Assembly: GCA_015680685.1 (NCBI GenBank)
Contig: MNCI01002812.1
Span: forward strand, 564,977 to 628,976
Length of the DNA: 64,000 bases
DNA from: Gnetum montanum
Lineage: Eukaryota > Plantae > Gnetophyta
Reading direction: 5' to 3'
This document shows, one piece after another, positions 1 through 12,008 of the stretch. Under the pieces are notes generated by a model. It was given only the letters and a program-made list of their open reading frames with translations. It was not told where the DNA came from and did no database searches. Position 1 is the stretch's first letter. Each line of letters opens with the position of its first letter. Position numbers and translations under genes: made by a program.

Positions 1-840
1 GGAGGCTGTAGTGAGCTCATGGAAGCCACAACCAATTTGCAACTACACTAGGTAGTTTTTTAGGTTTATGAAGTTATGGCAACTTCACAATGTGCATTAG
101 TGTGGGTTGCAGCTAACTGCAACCTAGAGAGACCATATACTAGTGTGAGTCACAACTAGTCACAACAAGCTTAGATTGTGAGCAAGGTGTGAGTTGCAAA
201 CCCTCGTAGTTTGGCAAAAATTATTAATTTTTGCAATTCGAGAGGGTAGCCCAATAGTCGAAGGAAGACTATAAATATGAATGATTTCTAGAAGGTTGAC
301 ACCTTGTCTTGTAGTGTATGCTTGATCAGTGGAAGAGTAGAATTCTGTACATTGGACAAGCATGGGTATCTAGATAGCTAGGCTATTGATCAATAGTCAT
401 TGTCTTTTCAATCTCCCTTGTGTAACCTCATACGTATAGTTTTTTTGTTTTTTTTTTTTTTTTGTTTGTTTTTTGAAAAAACTTTTGGGAATGTATTATT
501 GAGAAAAAAAAAAGAGATATGTACAAAGGACAAAAAAGCAAGCTAGGAAGGCCCACAACCAAAATGACATACTATCAACAACTTGCCTTAGGGTGTGCAG
601 CCCCAAGATCAAAAAATGGCCTCAAATGGCCACATAAACTTCAAAATGGCTGCAAGCAGCCCCCAAAAACTTCTACATAAACGATGACAGACTTGTTGAC
701 ATGCTATACAACCAAAATTAAAGGACGTTATGAAAGGGAACAAGCTAAGATGGAAATAGAAAACAGGGCGATCAAAATAGACCAAAAATCAAATCCCTGA
801 AATGTAATTGGGACACCCCCAACAAAAAAAATCCCCACCC

Positions 841-2300
841 CTATAGGTGCCAAGGCAACCTGTCACAACAACAGTGTGGAATAAGACTAACATGTAGCAC
901 TTCTAATTGTGCATAAAACTCCTCTGTAGAAACAAACGTTGTGACTTCCTAGAAGTTTTTAAAGGCCTCTGCCTTTCTAGCTTGTTCAATGATTGACTCC
1001 ACCCCATTCGGGTGGAGTGGGGCAGGGGAAAGCCAAATATGATGATGTAGCTCTTGCCATGGCGTCTCTCGATTGATGCACATCCACATTCATGGGCATT
1101 TACCTACTTGCATCCAAGCCATGGCATTTAGCTTATGAGTCTGTAACAGTAGTTTGTACTGCTCAGCGTCTTCTTGAGCCTCACGAGCCCGTTGCTTCTC
1201 GGCCTCTTGTTCCTATGCTTTTTGATGATGCACCTCTTTCTCCATTTCCTCCCTAATTTCCACTCGAATTTTCTCTTGTAGCGTGACTTGGCTCCTAGCC
1301 TCCATGACAAGCTGTTGCCGTTGTAATTCTTCAATTTCAGCGTTATGGTGCATCTACAACTCGTGCATATGGTGTTGAAACATTTCTTCCCGTGCCTCCC
1401 ATTTAGCTTGCCAGACCTAGGTTTCCTCGACCTGAGTAGCCAAGACCGCCTCCTCTTGTGCAAATGCTAGTTGCGTCTCCAATCTCGGATGATTGGCCTT
1501 AGCCTCAGCCTCACTAGTGGCAATGCCAATTTGAATAGTCTGTCTTCCCATGGCCATGAAGGCCAAAACCACTATCCTCCTTAGGGAATTCATCAGACTA
1601 CCCATCAACTTCCTTCGTCTTTAATAGACAGCCTGACCTAGGGACCTTGAAAGACCCATCCACAGTGCTTCCCCTATCACTTGCCACAAAGCAAGAATTA
1701 AACCTGAATGCTTGCTTGTCTGGTAGCGTCTCAGGGAAGCCAGAAAGAACTCAGGATCGTTCACCTGGCGACCCATCCGAAGGCATTGTAAAAATGCAAA
1801 ATGCATTCCCTGAAGCCTAGACCCATTCCCTAATTGAACAAAATATCTCTCAACGAAGTTTGTTGTTAGCTGCCAAAATTTAGGAAGAGCAAATTGCTAC
1901 ACTTGACCGCTAGCTGTTCTTGGGATATGGCCCGGAAAGAAGCTTTGTGCTTCTTGCAACCCTCATGTGAGAGGTCAAATCTCGTCATTAGTGGCAAGCA
2001 TACCCAATGCCCTAGCTAGCGCATCTTGAGTAAGATCAATCTTGACCCCACAGAACATGGTGGAGGTACCTTGCCAGTTGACAAAAAATTTGCCATCTGG
2101 CAAGGTCGGGTCCCCCACAAGCTTGGGAAGTAGGCATTCCACCCCCCCAACCCCCCAACCTAACACACCAGGTCCCACAACGTGGGGTTGTTCTAGTACC
2201 GTTCCCATGAGGGTTCGAACGTTGGCGTAGCTCCCATCGCCGTCAAAGCTTCTTTTCACAATTTGCAACCTTCCATAGTGATGTTGGCCAGTTGAGGAAG
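841..2300 (-). pseudogene. Degenerate extra ORF 3' of L1 ORF2: plant-transposon-protein-like domain plus coiled coil
   Basis: ORF-track fragments 1975-2415, 1621-1806 and 1417-1608 share one frame, which I read on to a stop at 841. It is interrupted only by isolated TGA/TAG/TAA codons. Confidence 0.7.
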
Positions 2301-3113
2301 AGGCACTTGTTGGAAAATGAGATTGTTTCGCGTGTGCCACAAGCACCAAAGGATGGTCGTGGCCTGAGAGTCTCGTTAAAAGTATGGGAAGGGGTAAATG
2401 AGCTGCCCACCACATGGCCTGACTAAAGTGTCATGCAAAAGTGAAGTGTTCCCACGTTTTCGTTGACCTTCTACATGTTGGACACTTGTCGTCTATGTTT
2501 AATCCTTGTCGTCGAAGGGCGACACACATCGGCAATGCCCCATGGTTAACAAGCCAAAGAAAAGTCTTTAGCTATTTTGATGGCCACCCCTACCACATCG
2601 TTGACCACCCCGGAACCATCAGATATTGAGACTTAATGAGCTCAAGCAGTGATGCGTGTTGCAGCATGGGTTGATTCATCTGATTGGCATGGCGATAGAG
2701 GGCACACCATAGTCCCAAGTCTTGATGCGTGGCCGCCCATTGGTGATACTTATTGTGCATGAGCTGTACCCATGTTGGAATGTTTGAACTACTGTAGGTC
2801 AACTGCAACATAAGTAGTTGTTGCCCCATTAAAATTAGATCCGCAAATTTGAAAATTCCTGCTCCTCCTGCATTTCTAGGCTGAGCAACCTTATCCCACT
2901 GAAGTAAATGCATTCGATGTTAGCCTTTCTCACCCAACCAAACAAAACTTCATATTAATTGATCCACTTTATTCCCAATGTCGGGGGGGGGGGGGGGGGG
3001 CACCACAGTAAATCGGGTAATGGGTGACAACATTGCAAAAGCAAGTAAAATCCTACCCTTGTGAGATAGGAAGCGATTGGTCCGGTGGCCAATCCATGTC
3101 TGCAGTTGCTTTA

Positions 3114-3207
3114 GCAAATTAATCTAGGTCTGTCTACAGTTCCATCTAAACATGGGGAAAGCAAATTAATCCAGGTCTGTCTACAGTTCCATCTAAACAT
3201 GGGGAAA
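3114..3207. repeat. 47-bp tandem duplication within LINE ORF2
   Basis: GCAAATTAATC(T/C)AGGTCTGTCTACAGTTCCATCTAAACATGGGGAAA at 3114-3160 and 3161-3207, one mismatch. Confidence 0.9.
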
Positions 3208-5795
3208 CCAAGATATGTATCCTGGTTCCGCCTAGGCAAAATCCCTAGGATCTACACGATCCCGACCTTACCTCTTTCATCAGTATTAGTCATACACACC
3301 ACAGATTTGGGTTGATTAACCTTGAGATCCACCTCCTCAACTAATTGAATTAAAGCCTTGTCTAGTGCCTTGGCCTGTGGCACCGAAGCCCTTGTAAAGA
3401 GAATTGTATCGTCTGCACAATGCCTAGCGAGGCACTCCACCCCATGAACATTCACTCCTTGGACACTTTCCTCTTTACAATAATCTTGCAGGGTGTCCAT
3501 TAGAAGAATAAATAGGTATGGTGATAGAGGGTCACCCTATTGTAGTCCTCTCCTAGGCGAGGAAAAGCCCCAAAGAACCCCTTCCAAGTAAATGGAGAGC
3601 ACAACAAAGGATTGAATGTGGAGACATAAATTGATAAAATCCTGGTTGAAACCTCCTCATCACTTCCGCCAATGCCTCCCATGAAATTGTGTCATAGGCC
3701 TTAGTGATGTCCAGCTTAATACATAGACTTGGGAAACGAGTCAAACGAAATGAATGAAAAATTTTGTGGAGCATGATAACTTGATCCTGAAGGAGGTGGT
3801 CCTTAACGAAACCTGCTTGATTATTCCTGACCAACTTTGGCATCAAAGGTGCTAGTCTTCCAACAATCATCTTTGTGAAAAGGTGCAAGAGCGTATTGCA
3901 AACTCCAATTGGCCTAAATTGTGATGGCTTGGTAGGACATGCCACCTTAGGGAGAAGCACAACACGTGGACAATGAATTTCCTGACGAATTTGTCTCCAA
4001 TTGAGCATGTTGTCAAAAGCATCCAAAATGTTAGCCCCCAACACGTCCGCGTACTCCCTAAAGAATTCAATGGGCCATCCATCTGGCCCAAGGGCATGCC
4101 CAAGTTTGAGGGCCGCCATGGCCCACTCTAATTCTTGAATTGAGAAAGGCTAGAGGAGCTTTGAATTGTCTACATTCATAAGGATCCTCTCCATTGGCAC
4201 TGACAAAGGGGCCCTTTCCTTTTGTCACCACACATTAGCCCAAAAGCTGTGGAATTCCTATGTGATCTTGACCATTTGTTCAAGGACTTGTCCACACTTG
4301 GTTAGAGTGTGCACCCTTTTAGCTTGCTGATTGGCCTGAGTTGTGGCAAAGAAAAAATTGGTAGGCCTATTGCCATCTTGCAACCATTGGATTTTGGATC
4401 GCTACCTCCAATACTTTGTTTCTTCATGATCCAGTTGTTGGAGAGTGTGAAGAATGTCCTTCTCTTCCTGCACCAGAGCTTCTCCCCACTCCTGTCTCTC
4501 CTAGACATCCTGAAGCTTTTGCTCTAGTGCTCCTTGATTGAACCTAAAAGAATACTTCTTATCCTTTCGACATGATCAAATTTCCTTTTCTAGAGTATTA
4601 AGTCTGCTAGTGAGAAAATCACAAGGATCATGGCCGGATGGGTACCTCTCCTAGATCGTGGTTACCAAAGGCCTTAACCAAGGTTTCATGACCCATGCCT
4701 GCTTGCAACTAAAGCGCGAAGTAGAAATGCATGGTTTCCTCCCAATTTGACAAATCAAAGACCTGTGGTGAGAGGTCCTTTGCTTGGTACCCATGACACA
4801 TACATCTTGCTAAAGCAGAAGCAAGGCTCCCATCCACACCCGATCAATACAAGACATCACTCTGGCATTGCCTTTCCTTCAATTGTTCTAGGTGTAATGG
4901 TAGTTCTTAATCTCTAAATCAGTTAATTCATGTTGGTGAAGGAATTGCAAGAAAAGGTTCGCACTCGATAGTTTTGTGCACTCAGTACCAATCTTCTCCC
5001 ATGCATAAAGTATTTGATTAAAATCCCCCACCACAACCCAACATCGACAGTTAGGAATTAGTGCAGCTATTCTACTTAGCTTAGAGAGATGTTTCTCCCA
5101 ATCCCTTTCACTGTAGAAATTGGTGAGCCAAATTCCTAGTGAAGGCAAGTGAATTGTGATGCCCCAATCTGAATCATGCAGGGGGTGTAACCGAAATCTG
5201 GATAAAATAGCAAGTTCCTCGGCATGGCCACAACAGGCCACCTGCTGGACATGCCAGCCAGTGCATTGCAATAACTCAAATTCTCAAAGCTGCAACTTTG
5301 TTTCTTGCAAACAAACGATGTCATAGTGATCTTTGTGCACAATTTCTTTAAGGGCATGTCGTTTATAGGGGGTGCCTTGCCCCCTACAATTCCATGTCAT
5401 AATCTTCATGGTTGCCCATTCGAGTGTCTGTGGTAGACCTTTGTAAGGGTCTTTTGAAGGCCTAAATCGATTTCAAGTTGGGTTTCTCGACTGTGAACCA
5501 TTGGCGTTGGTGGATGTCCAACTTGCTCAGCCTCCATGGACACCTTGAAATCCTCCTCATTGTCCACATGTGATCTTAAAATCTCCTCCAAGGTCGGCTT
5601 GAAGGATCCTTGAACGATTGTGACCCAACCCCCTTGGGGAGGAATGTCCTTGCTCAACAGGTTGGCCATAGGTGAAGTGGTAAACCCCACCTCAGGAATA
5701 GAGGATGACTATGGGCCTTGCCCCCCCTTATTCACAGCCACCTCCAACGATTTACTCTGTTCCAAAGATGCCCCTGACTCCTTGGTGGGCCCCTT

Positions 5796-7860
5796 TTAGG
5801 GAATGTAGGATTTCTTGAAGAAAAATGACTTGGTCTTGTAGGAGTCGGTCTTTCATGAACCCAACTTGGTTATTACGCACAAGCCTCAGCATCAACGGAG
5901 CCATCCTCCACACAATTAGCTTAGTAAAAAGACAGAGTGTATTGCAAACTCTAATTGGTCTAAAGTGCGATGGCTCAGACAGGTAAGCAACCTTAGGGAT
6001 AAGGACGATTATTGAGCAGTTTATTTCACGGCGGATTTGTCTCCAACTAAGCATGCTATTGAAGGCATCTAGAATGTTTTCCCCTAGCACATCAGCGAAT
6101 TCTCGGAAAAATTCAATAGGCCATCCATTAGGACCAAGTGCTCTACTTGGCTTAAGATCCCCCAAAGCCCCCTCAAGCTCTTGCCATGAGAAAGGCTCAA
6201 GCAATCTCTAATTATCCTCGATAGTAAGGATCTTTTGCACTAGCATTGACAAAGGTTCCCTCTCCCACTGCAGCTAGACCTCCCCCCAATAAGATTGGAA
6301 TTCCTACGCTATCTCAGGGGTTTGCTCCAGCACTTGTCCTTGTCGTGTCGAACCTGGGAAACCATTGCAAAATTCCAAATTCCTATTGTATCTTTGTTTC
6401 TTGTAGGCATACAACATCACATTTATCCTAATGCACAATCTCCTTAAAGGCATGTCTCTTATAGGGGGTGCCTTGCCCTCGACAATTCCATGACATGATC
6501 TTCATGGTCGACTAGTCGAACGTTTTCGGTAGACCTCTTTGAGGGTCTTCTGAATGGCCAAATCGATTTCAAGTTGGGTTTGTTGGTTACACATCAAAGG
6601 TGTGGTTGGGCACCCGACCTTCCCCACCTCCGTTGAGACCCTAAATCCATAATCATTGTCATCATTAGATCACAGGATCTACCTCATGTCAAGCTTGGAA
6701 GACCCTCAAACCATAGAAACCCAGTCCCCAAGAGGGGGGAGCTCCTTACCTTGCGGCAAAGGCTCTAGCAGTGTGGCAGAACCATCCTCAAAAATTGGCA
6801 CATTGTTCATTGCCCCCGAAGCTTGGTCAACCTGCTCCACTCTAGCCAGCACTGGCACCACCACTTCCAGTGGTGGCCCCTTGACCTTCATGGGTGACTG
6901 TGAGGGCCCTTGGGGCCCATTAGTTGCCAGCCATTGGGGCCCTAGGCATCCCTTCCTTTTCACCTGTTGCTAGCCCCCCATGTCCCTTGCTTTTGCCTTA
7001 GCCCTACAATTTCTGTTTTGTGGCTTGCTTTGCCGCAAAACTTACAGGATGCTCCCCTGGGCTCTGGCATAGAGCTCTCTAGTATTCACATATTCAACGG
7101 TAATCCATTCCTCCCCTGAAGGGAGTGCTAGAACCACTTCCTTGAGAAGGTCCTTAGGTGATAGTGATCTCCAAACAGAAAAATAGGCAAAGCCCATCCA
7201 TTTCATCATCAAGGTGGGCTTATTCAACGCAATAAAGTCTCGAAAAAGGTTGGTGTTCACAACTGCCATGGAATTCTAGAAACCTGGATCCAAATTGGAG
7301 CATGTGAAAATAGATCCTTATCACGATGTGCCCCCACTCATCACAGGGTGAGAGCTAGTCCCCACACACCGAAAAACCAGGAAAACCCCCCCCCCCCCCC
7401 CCCCACCTTCCCCTTCCCCTTCCCGAATGCAACGGAAAACAAAGAGGATGAGCTGCTCTGATAAACTCTGCACCTCGACATTGTTGATCCCCCAGGTAGC
7501 AATGATGCATTTTTGGACAAGCTCCAGCTTGGGCCTAACCCTACTTGAAACAAAACACCCAATGAGACTCCGCTCCACCGTGCCTAACCCCTCCAACGAC
7601 ACACAAGGAATCTTCAGTCTTAAACAACCATCCATCCTCATTGAGGCCCCAAAAGACCCCTGGGTCTCAGCATCGTCCCAAATCCCCATGCTGGGCCTAG
7701 CGCTACCGGGCCCCAAAGCACTGCTGTCGATGTTGCCAGCCAGCCCACCCCAGGATGGCTCCCTGCCGCCACTTGCCAAGCTGTCCCTGCCCATTTCAAA
7801 GTTCCTGCCCTTGCTCACTCCCACTCCCATTCCCGCACCCTCGCCTCCACCTCCCATTTT
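5796..7860 (-). mobile_element. L1-clade LINE copy A (ORF1 with DUF4283-like domain, internally deleted ORF2)
   Basis: ORF1 contains RSLIGCFVSSRVRPKLELVQKCIIATWG..VEVQSLSEQLILFVF (DUF4283-like). ORF2 start ~6505 (MKIMSWNCRGQG..VCLQETK) jumps at ~6350 directly to the pre-RT region. The RT fragment 5796-6204 is paralogous to copy B 3760-4120. Confidence 0.85.
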
Positions 7861-8143
7861 CTACAAACTAAATTTGTTGTTCATATCATGCATGCAATAT
7901 TTTCTAATCTATCGTTTATGCACAGGATTGCTTCAAACTAATAGAACAGATTTTTGTTATTTTTTATATGCTTTGATTTTTTGCTAATATTTTGAGTTCT
8001 GAGCCTTTTGCTTTCTGATGTTGACAAAACTACTTGTGTTTGAATGCAGAATTAAATCTTGAAATATTTTAAAATTCTATGCATGATATTCAAAACATGA
8101 ATGTTATTCACTATTTGAAATCACTGAGTGCGGCACTTTGCAG

Positions 8144-11100
8144 TGATTCTTCTGTAGGTGATTTTCGAAGCATTCCGGCAGTGTCAGAGTCTGCAAAGAA
8201 TGGACATGGAAATGATTCAGGAAACTCTTCAACTACAGGTGATGGAGAACAAATAATTGAAGAAGGAAGAACGACTAGTTATAATGGAAGTGAACCAAAA
8301 TTTCAGAGTGGAGTCCTTCGTACAAACTGTATTGACTGTCTTGATCGAACAAATGTTGCACAGTTTGCATATGGCCTGGAAGCATTAGGCCGCCAACTAT
8401 ATGCAATGGGTTTATCAAATGTTTCAAAAGTTGATCCTGATAGTAGCATTGCTGTCACTTTAATGGACATGTACCAAAACATGGGGGATGCCCTTGCACT
8501 TCAATATGGTGGTTCTGCTGCACATAATACTGTATATCATTTTTCCAATATGGTTTCGTTTTATTTTATGTTACTTTTAATGGGTTCAACTGATTTTGGT
8601 TTATAATTGCTTCAAAGTTTTAGTTAATTTGGAGAAGCATGCAAATAGTTTTCTATGAATTTGTCAGGTGTTTAATGAGAGGCAGGGAAAATGGAAGGCT
8701 ACTGCACAGTCTCGTGAGATTTTGAAATCTATTAAACGCTATTACAGTAACACATACACAGATGGAGAAAAGCAAGATGCAATAAATCTGTAAGCTGCCT
8801 TTTATTGTGCAACTTTCTTTTTGCTAAAAATATCTTTGGATGTTCCTTTTTAATGCAGATACTCGTTTCAGTTCACTGTATATATCAATATTTAGTTTTA
8901 AAACAAATAAACCACGACAGTGTTATGGGAATTAGCTATCTGAATGTAAATGTTCTACACACATGGTTAGTGAGAATGCTAAATAGGATATTACTATGCT
9001 ATTCGTTTATGAAAACCAAACATCATTGTGTCCTATTGTATCAAAACCAGGTTTCTTGGGTATTTTCAGCCACAAGAAGGGAAGCCAGCTCTATGGGATC
9101 TTGATTCAGACTACTATCTTCATGTTGGTGGAAATGAGGATGAGGCGTATTATGATGATCAACAGTAAGGATTTACAGATGTCACGAGTCTTGCTAGATT
9201 AATATATTTATTTTTCAGTTTGTTGTTTGACTTCATGTTGTTAACATAGGTTGCGAGATCCTGATAAAGTGATACATCAACCTCTAAAGTATCTTCATAT
9301 ACCGGTTTCTCAGAATGGTGGTTCACGAGTGAAGTGGACATCATTTGATAAACTAATGAAAAGTACATACAGTTCAATAAAGAACGTCCGCATTTGCAAG
9401 GACTCTGACAAGACTGGTACTGCTGCAGGCAACTCTGGAGTGGCGCCAGATGCAGCGTAATGTTTCAGATCCTCGAGCTGATATTTAGACTTCTTTAAGC
9501 TAGTTATTCAATTCAGTTTAATCTTTTTAGTTGTAATGAACAACCATTTTTTAAAGATATTTTATCTCAAAAACTTTGAAGTTGCTTTAGGTAGTTTTTA
9601 TCATAAATAGCAATGAATTATCAACATGTGGTTTTCTGGAAGATATGTATTTTGCATTCTAGAGGTTACAGGTGCAATTCCAACAGGTTATACTAAAATA
9701 CCTAGTTTCAATTAAAATATTGTCAATTTTTTTTACAATAGAAGATTTTAAATCATAAACTAAAAGAATGCTTTCAATATGACGCCTTAAATCAGCAGTT
9801 GACCTCGTCCAGCTCTGTAAAGAGTTAAGTTTATAGCGTTGCATGTAGAGACTCTCAATTCTTCCTTTGAGTCTCTTGTTTTTTTAACTTCTATTTGGAT
9901 TATCTTAGCTGTTTAGACAACTCATTGACATGGAATTGTTTAAAATTTGAACACATAAAATGTAAAATTTTTGAATCATACTACCCACGGCATCTTTATT
10001 CTTAACAGTAAATTTACCAATAAGAAAATTTTAATTTCTATCACGTATTAGTTCTTTTCCGTGGCATAGTTTGTTCAAGCTACAATACATTCTTGAAAAA
10101 TATATGTTTGGTCTCGCTATGCGAGAGATAATTTGTAAATTATATGTATTTTGAGTGAACACAGATCCCAGGTTGCTTTTCGTATTTTTTTATTGACTGC
10201 ATACCCACTTGTGCTTTGAGAACCTTATCTGATCCATAGAAGGTTTGCATTCATCAAAATTTTTACGATTTAAACTGTAGAAAAATGTATTTCTACATTG
10301 ATGCATCTTGTTTGACTTTCAACTTCAATTCAGACCAAGATTGTTTATTCATCTGTGAAAGCTGATCATTTCAAACAGCAATCTGTTGTGTCCAAAACTT
10401 ATGTTCTCTGTTTCAGCAGATGTCATTCAGATAATTGCTCATGAATTGATCTTTGTTGGTACCTATTAAAACAACTTTCTTTACTGTTTTTCTTTTACTT
10501 CGAGTTGATTATCTTAAAATTCTCTCAACAGAGAAATACAGTTGAAGAGTGCGAATTGGGTTTTTGGTCAAAGAAAATCAGATGGAAAAGAAAAGGGGAA
10601 TGATACTACTAAAAAGGATATGCACAAAAAAATTCGGAAAGAATTGTTTGATGATACTGAAGATTGCAGATGGCTTTATGCTGAGAATTCTTGCGAGCAG
10701 GATATTTTTGAAAGGTACAAAAATAATTGCTTACATAAATATTGTATGTATATTTGCGTACTTGACTCTAGGAATTTCTATACATTTAACAGTCTCTTAC
10801 GGCAAACATTCTTTTGTGTTCTTGATAGACATCTCAACATCACCACAGAATTAGCAAGCAATTGGTATGGAAGAGACCTTATTTTTGACGCGTCTGTAGA
10901 TAGTGAAGCATACAAGCACTATGCAGAGTTTTGCCAGGTTGAAATTACGTTGCACAAGGAGAACAAGACATCTTCTGATTTTTTTTTAAACCAACATATT
11001 ATATTAAAACTTTTATAGCCTTTTAAAGGGACCACCATTTAGGGTGATGGTAAGGTGCTTGTTTGCACAGCCACTCGAAAGAGGTTAGGCTTTTGCTCAT

Positions 11101-11390
11101 TCACCACCCTTCCCAGGACCTGCCTTGGCAGGATGAGTATTGAACCTTTGCATGATGATCTTTTTTATAACCTTTTAAATTAATGTGTTCTAATAATTTG
11201 ATTACAGGGCCCAGCTATGGATCCCTTCATTCATGATGCTGAAAATGAACAATATTATTCAGAAGCATTAGAACAGACTCTCAAAACTTTGAGTGATGCA
11301 TCCGTTGAAGTTGAAATGGAGGCTGCCTTAAATCAGTATTGTAAAATAGGAAACATAGTCTCGTCAAAATTTCTACAAAGTGAAGCATAA
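8144..11390 (+). CDS. SAC1: SAC-domain phosphoinositide phosphatase (plant SAC1/FIG4-like), 3' portion, 5' exons outside window
   Basis: Catalytic CX5RT motif in GVLRTNCIDCLDRTNVAQ, plus QYGGSAAHNTVF, RYYSNTYTDGEKQDAINLFLGYFQP and APDAAEIQLKSANW. GT-AG exons with consistent phase: 8144-8531, 8668-8789, 9051-9164, 9250-9456, 10532-10714, 10829-10937, 11208-11390 (TAA). Confidence 0.93.
11028..11162 (+). mobile_element. Au/TS-like SINE copy 1 in the last SAC intron
   Basis: 17-bp TSD TTTTATA(G/A)CCTTTTAAA at 11011-11027 and 11163-11179. Body GAGGTTAGGCTTTTGCTCAT..CCCTTCCCAGGACC is shared with copies at ~12330 and ~43090. Confidence 0.75.
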
Positions 11391-12008
11391 TCAGTATTTC
11401 AAGTATTTGGTGCATACTACATGTTACCAAACAGTAAACACTTAAAAACACCTGTAATTCTTTAAACTTCCAAGTAAACTTGTGTACACACGGATGAAAT
11501 CAAAATATTAAATCTGTTTTTGCATTTGTTTGGCTTATTGCTCTAGATAACACTTTAAATTTTGAAACTTTTTGTTATATAACGTGTGTAATTATATCAG
11601 CTCATTTCTACTATAATTGCTACCAATGCTAGTTATAGGTCATTGAACCAATGCTGATTATAAATCATCAACTTTTAAGCTACATGCCATGGCTTCAAGT
11701 AAATTAAGATGCTTTATAAAGAAGCATGATATCAATGATTGCAAATGTTGCATGAAGTTTATGAAATGTCTTGGTTTATAGACCTAGATATACCGTGGGT
11801 CATAGATTATAAAAATGTTTTAATAATTATACCTTGAAGAGTAAGTATATCAAAGGAATTTTCTAATATTTGAGATTGTAGAAGAGTTTTCTTTTATTGT
11901 ACTTAGGTATTATACTACATGTTGTACTAGGTTTCATTGTTATCCATGGGTTTCATTGTTATCCGTGGATTTTGTACAAGCTAATTTGTCTACTAGATCT
12001 TTTGGGCT

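Larger units (their letters stand above)
440..5795 (-). mobile_element. L1-clade LINE, 5'-truncated copy B (ORF1 C-terminus, degenerate ORF2 EN-RT-zf-RVT, extra 3' frame, poly(A) tail)
   Basis: ORF2 starts ~5408 (MKIMTWNCRGQG..VCLQETK). EN motif WVVVGDFNQIL ~5030. RT motifs ALGPDGWPIEFF, FRPIGVCN, QAGFVKDH, KLDITKAYDTISW and CADDTILF at 3400-4120. zf-RVT (CPTC..EHF) ~2420-2560. T-rich tract at 440-474 is the poly(A) on the minus strand. Many stops and frameshifts. Confidence 0.9.

Noticed and set aside
1-430. Possible Tekay-type LTR fragment
   Set aside because: Only a vague resemblance to 27300-27560, with no termini visible.
2983-3000. Poly-G run (and poly-C near 7390) as G-quadruplex features
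   Set aside because: Homopolymer expansions in a dead LINE, with lengths that are unreliable in assemblies.
7427-7987. 186-aa Pro-rich plus-strand ORF
   Set aside because: Antisense shadow of the GC-rich LINE ORF1.
8079-8143. ATG at 8079 as the SAC gene start
   Set aside because: Intron read-through. The acceptor is CAG at 8141-8143 and the N-terminal SAC domain is missing from the window.
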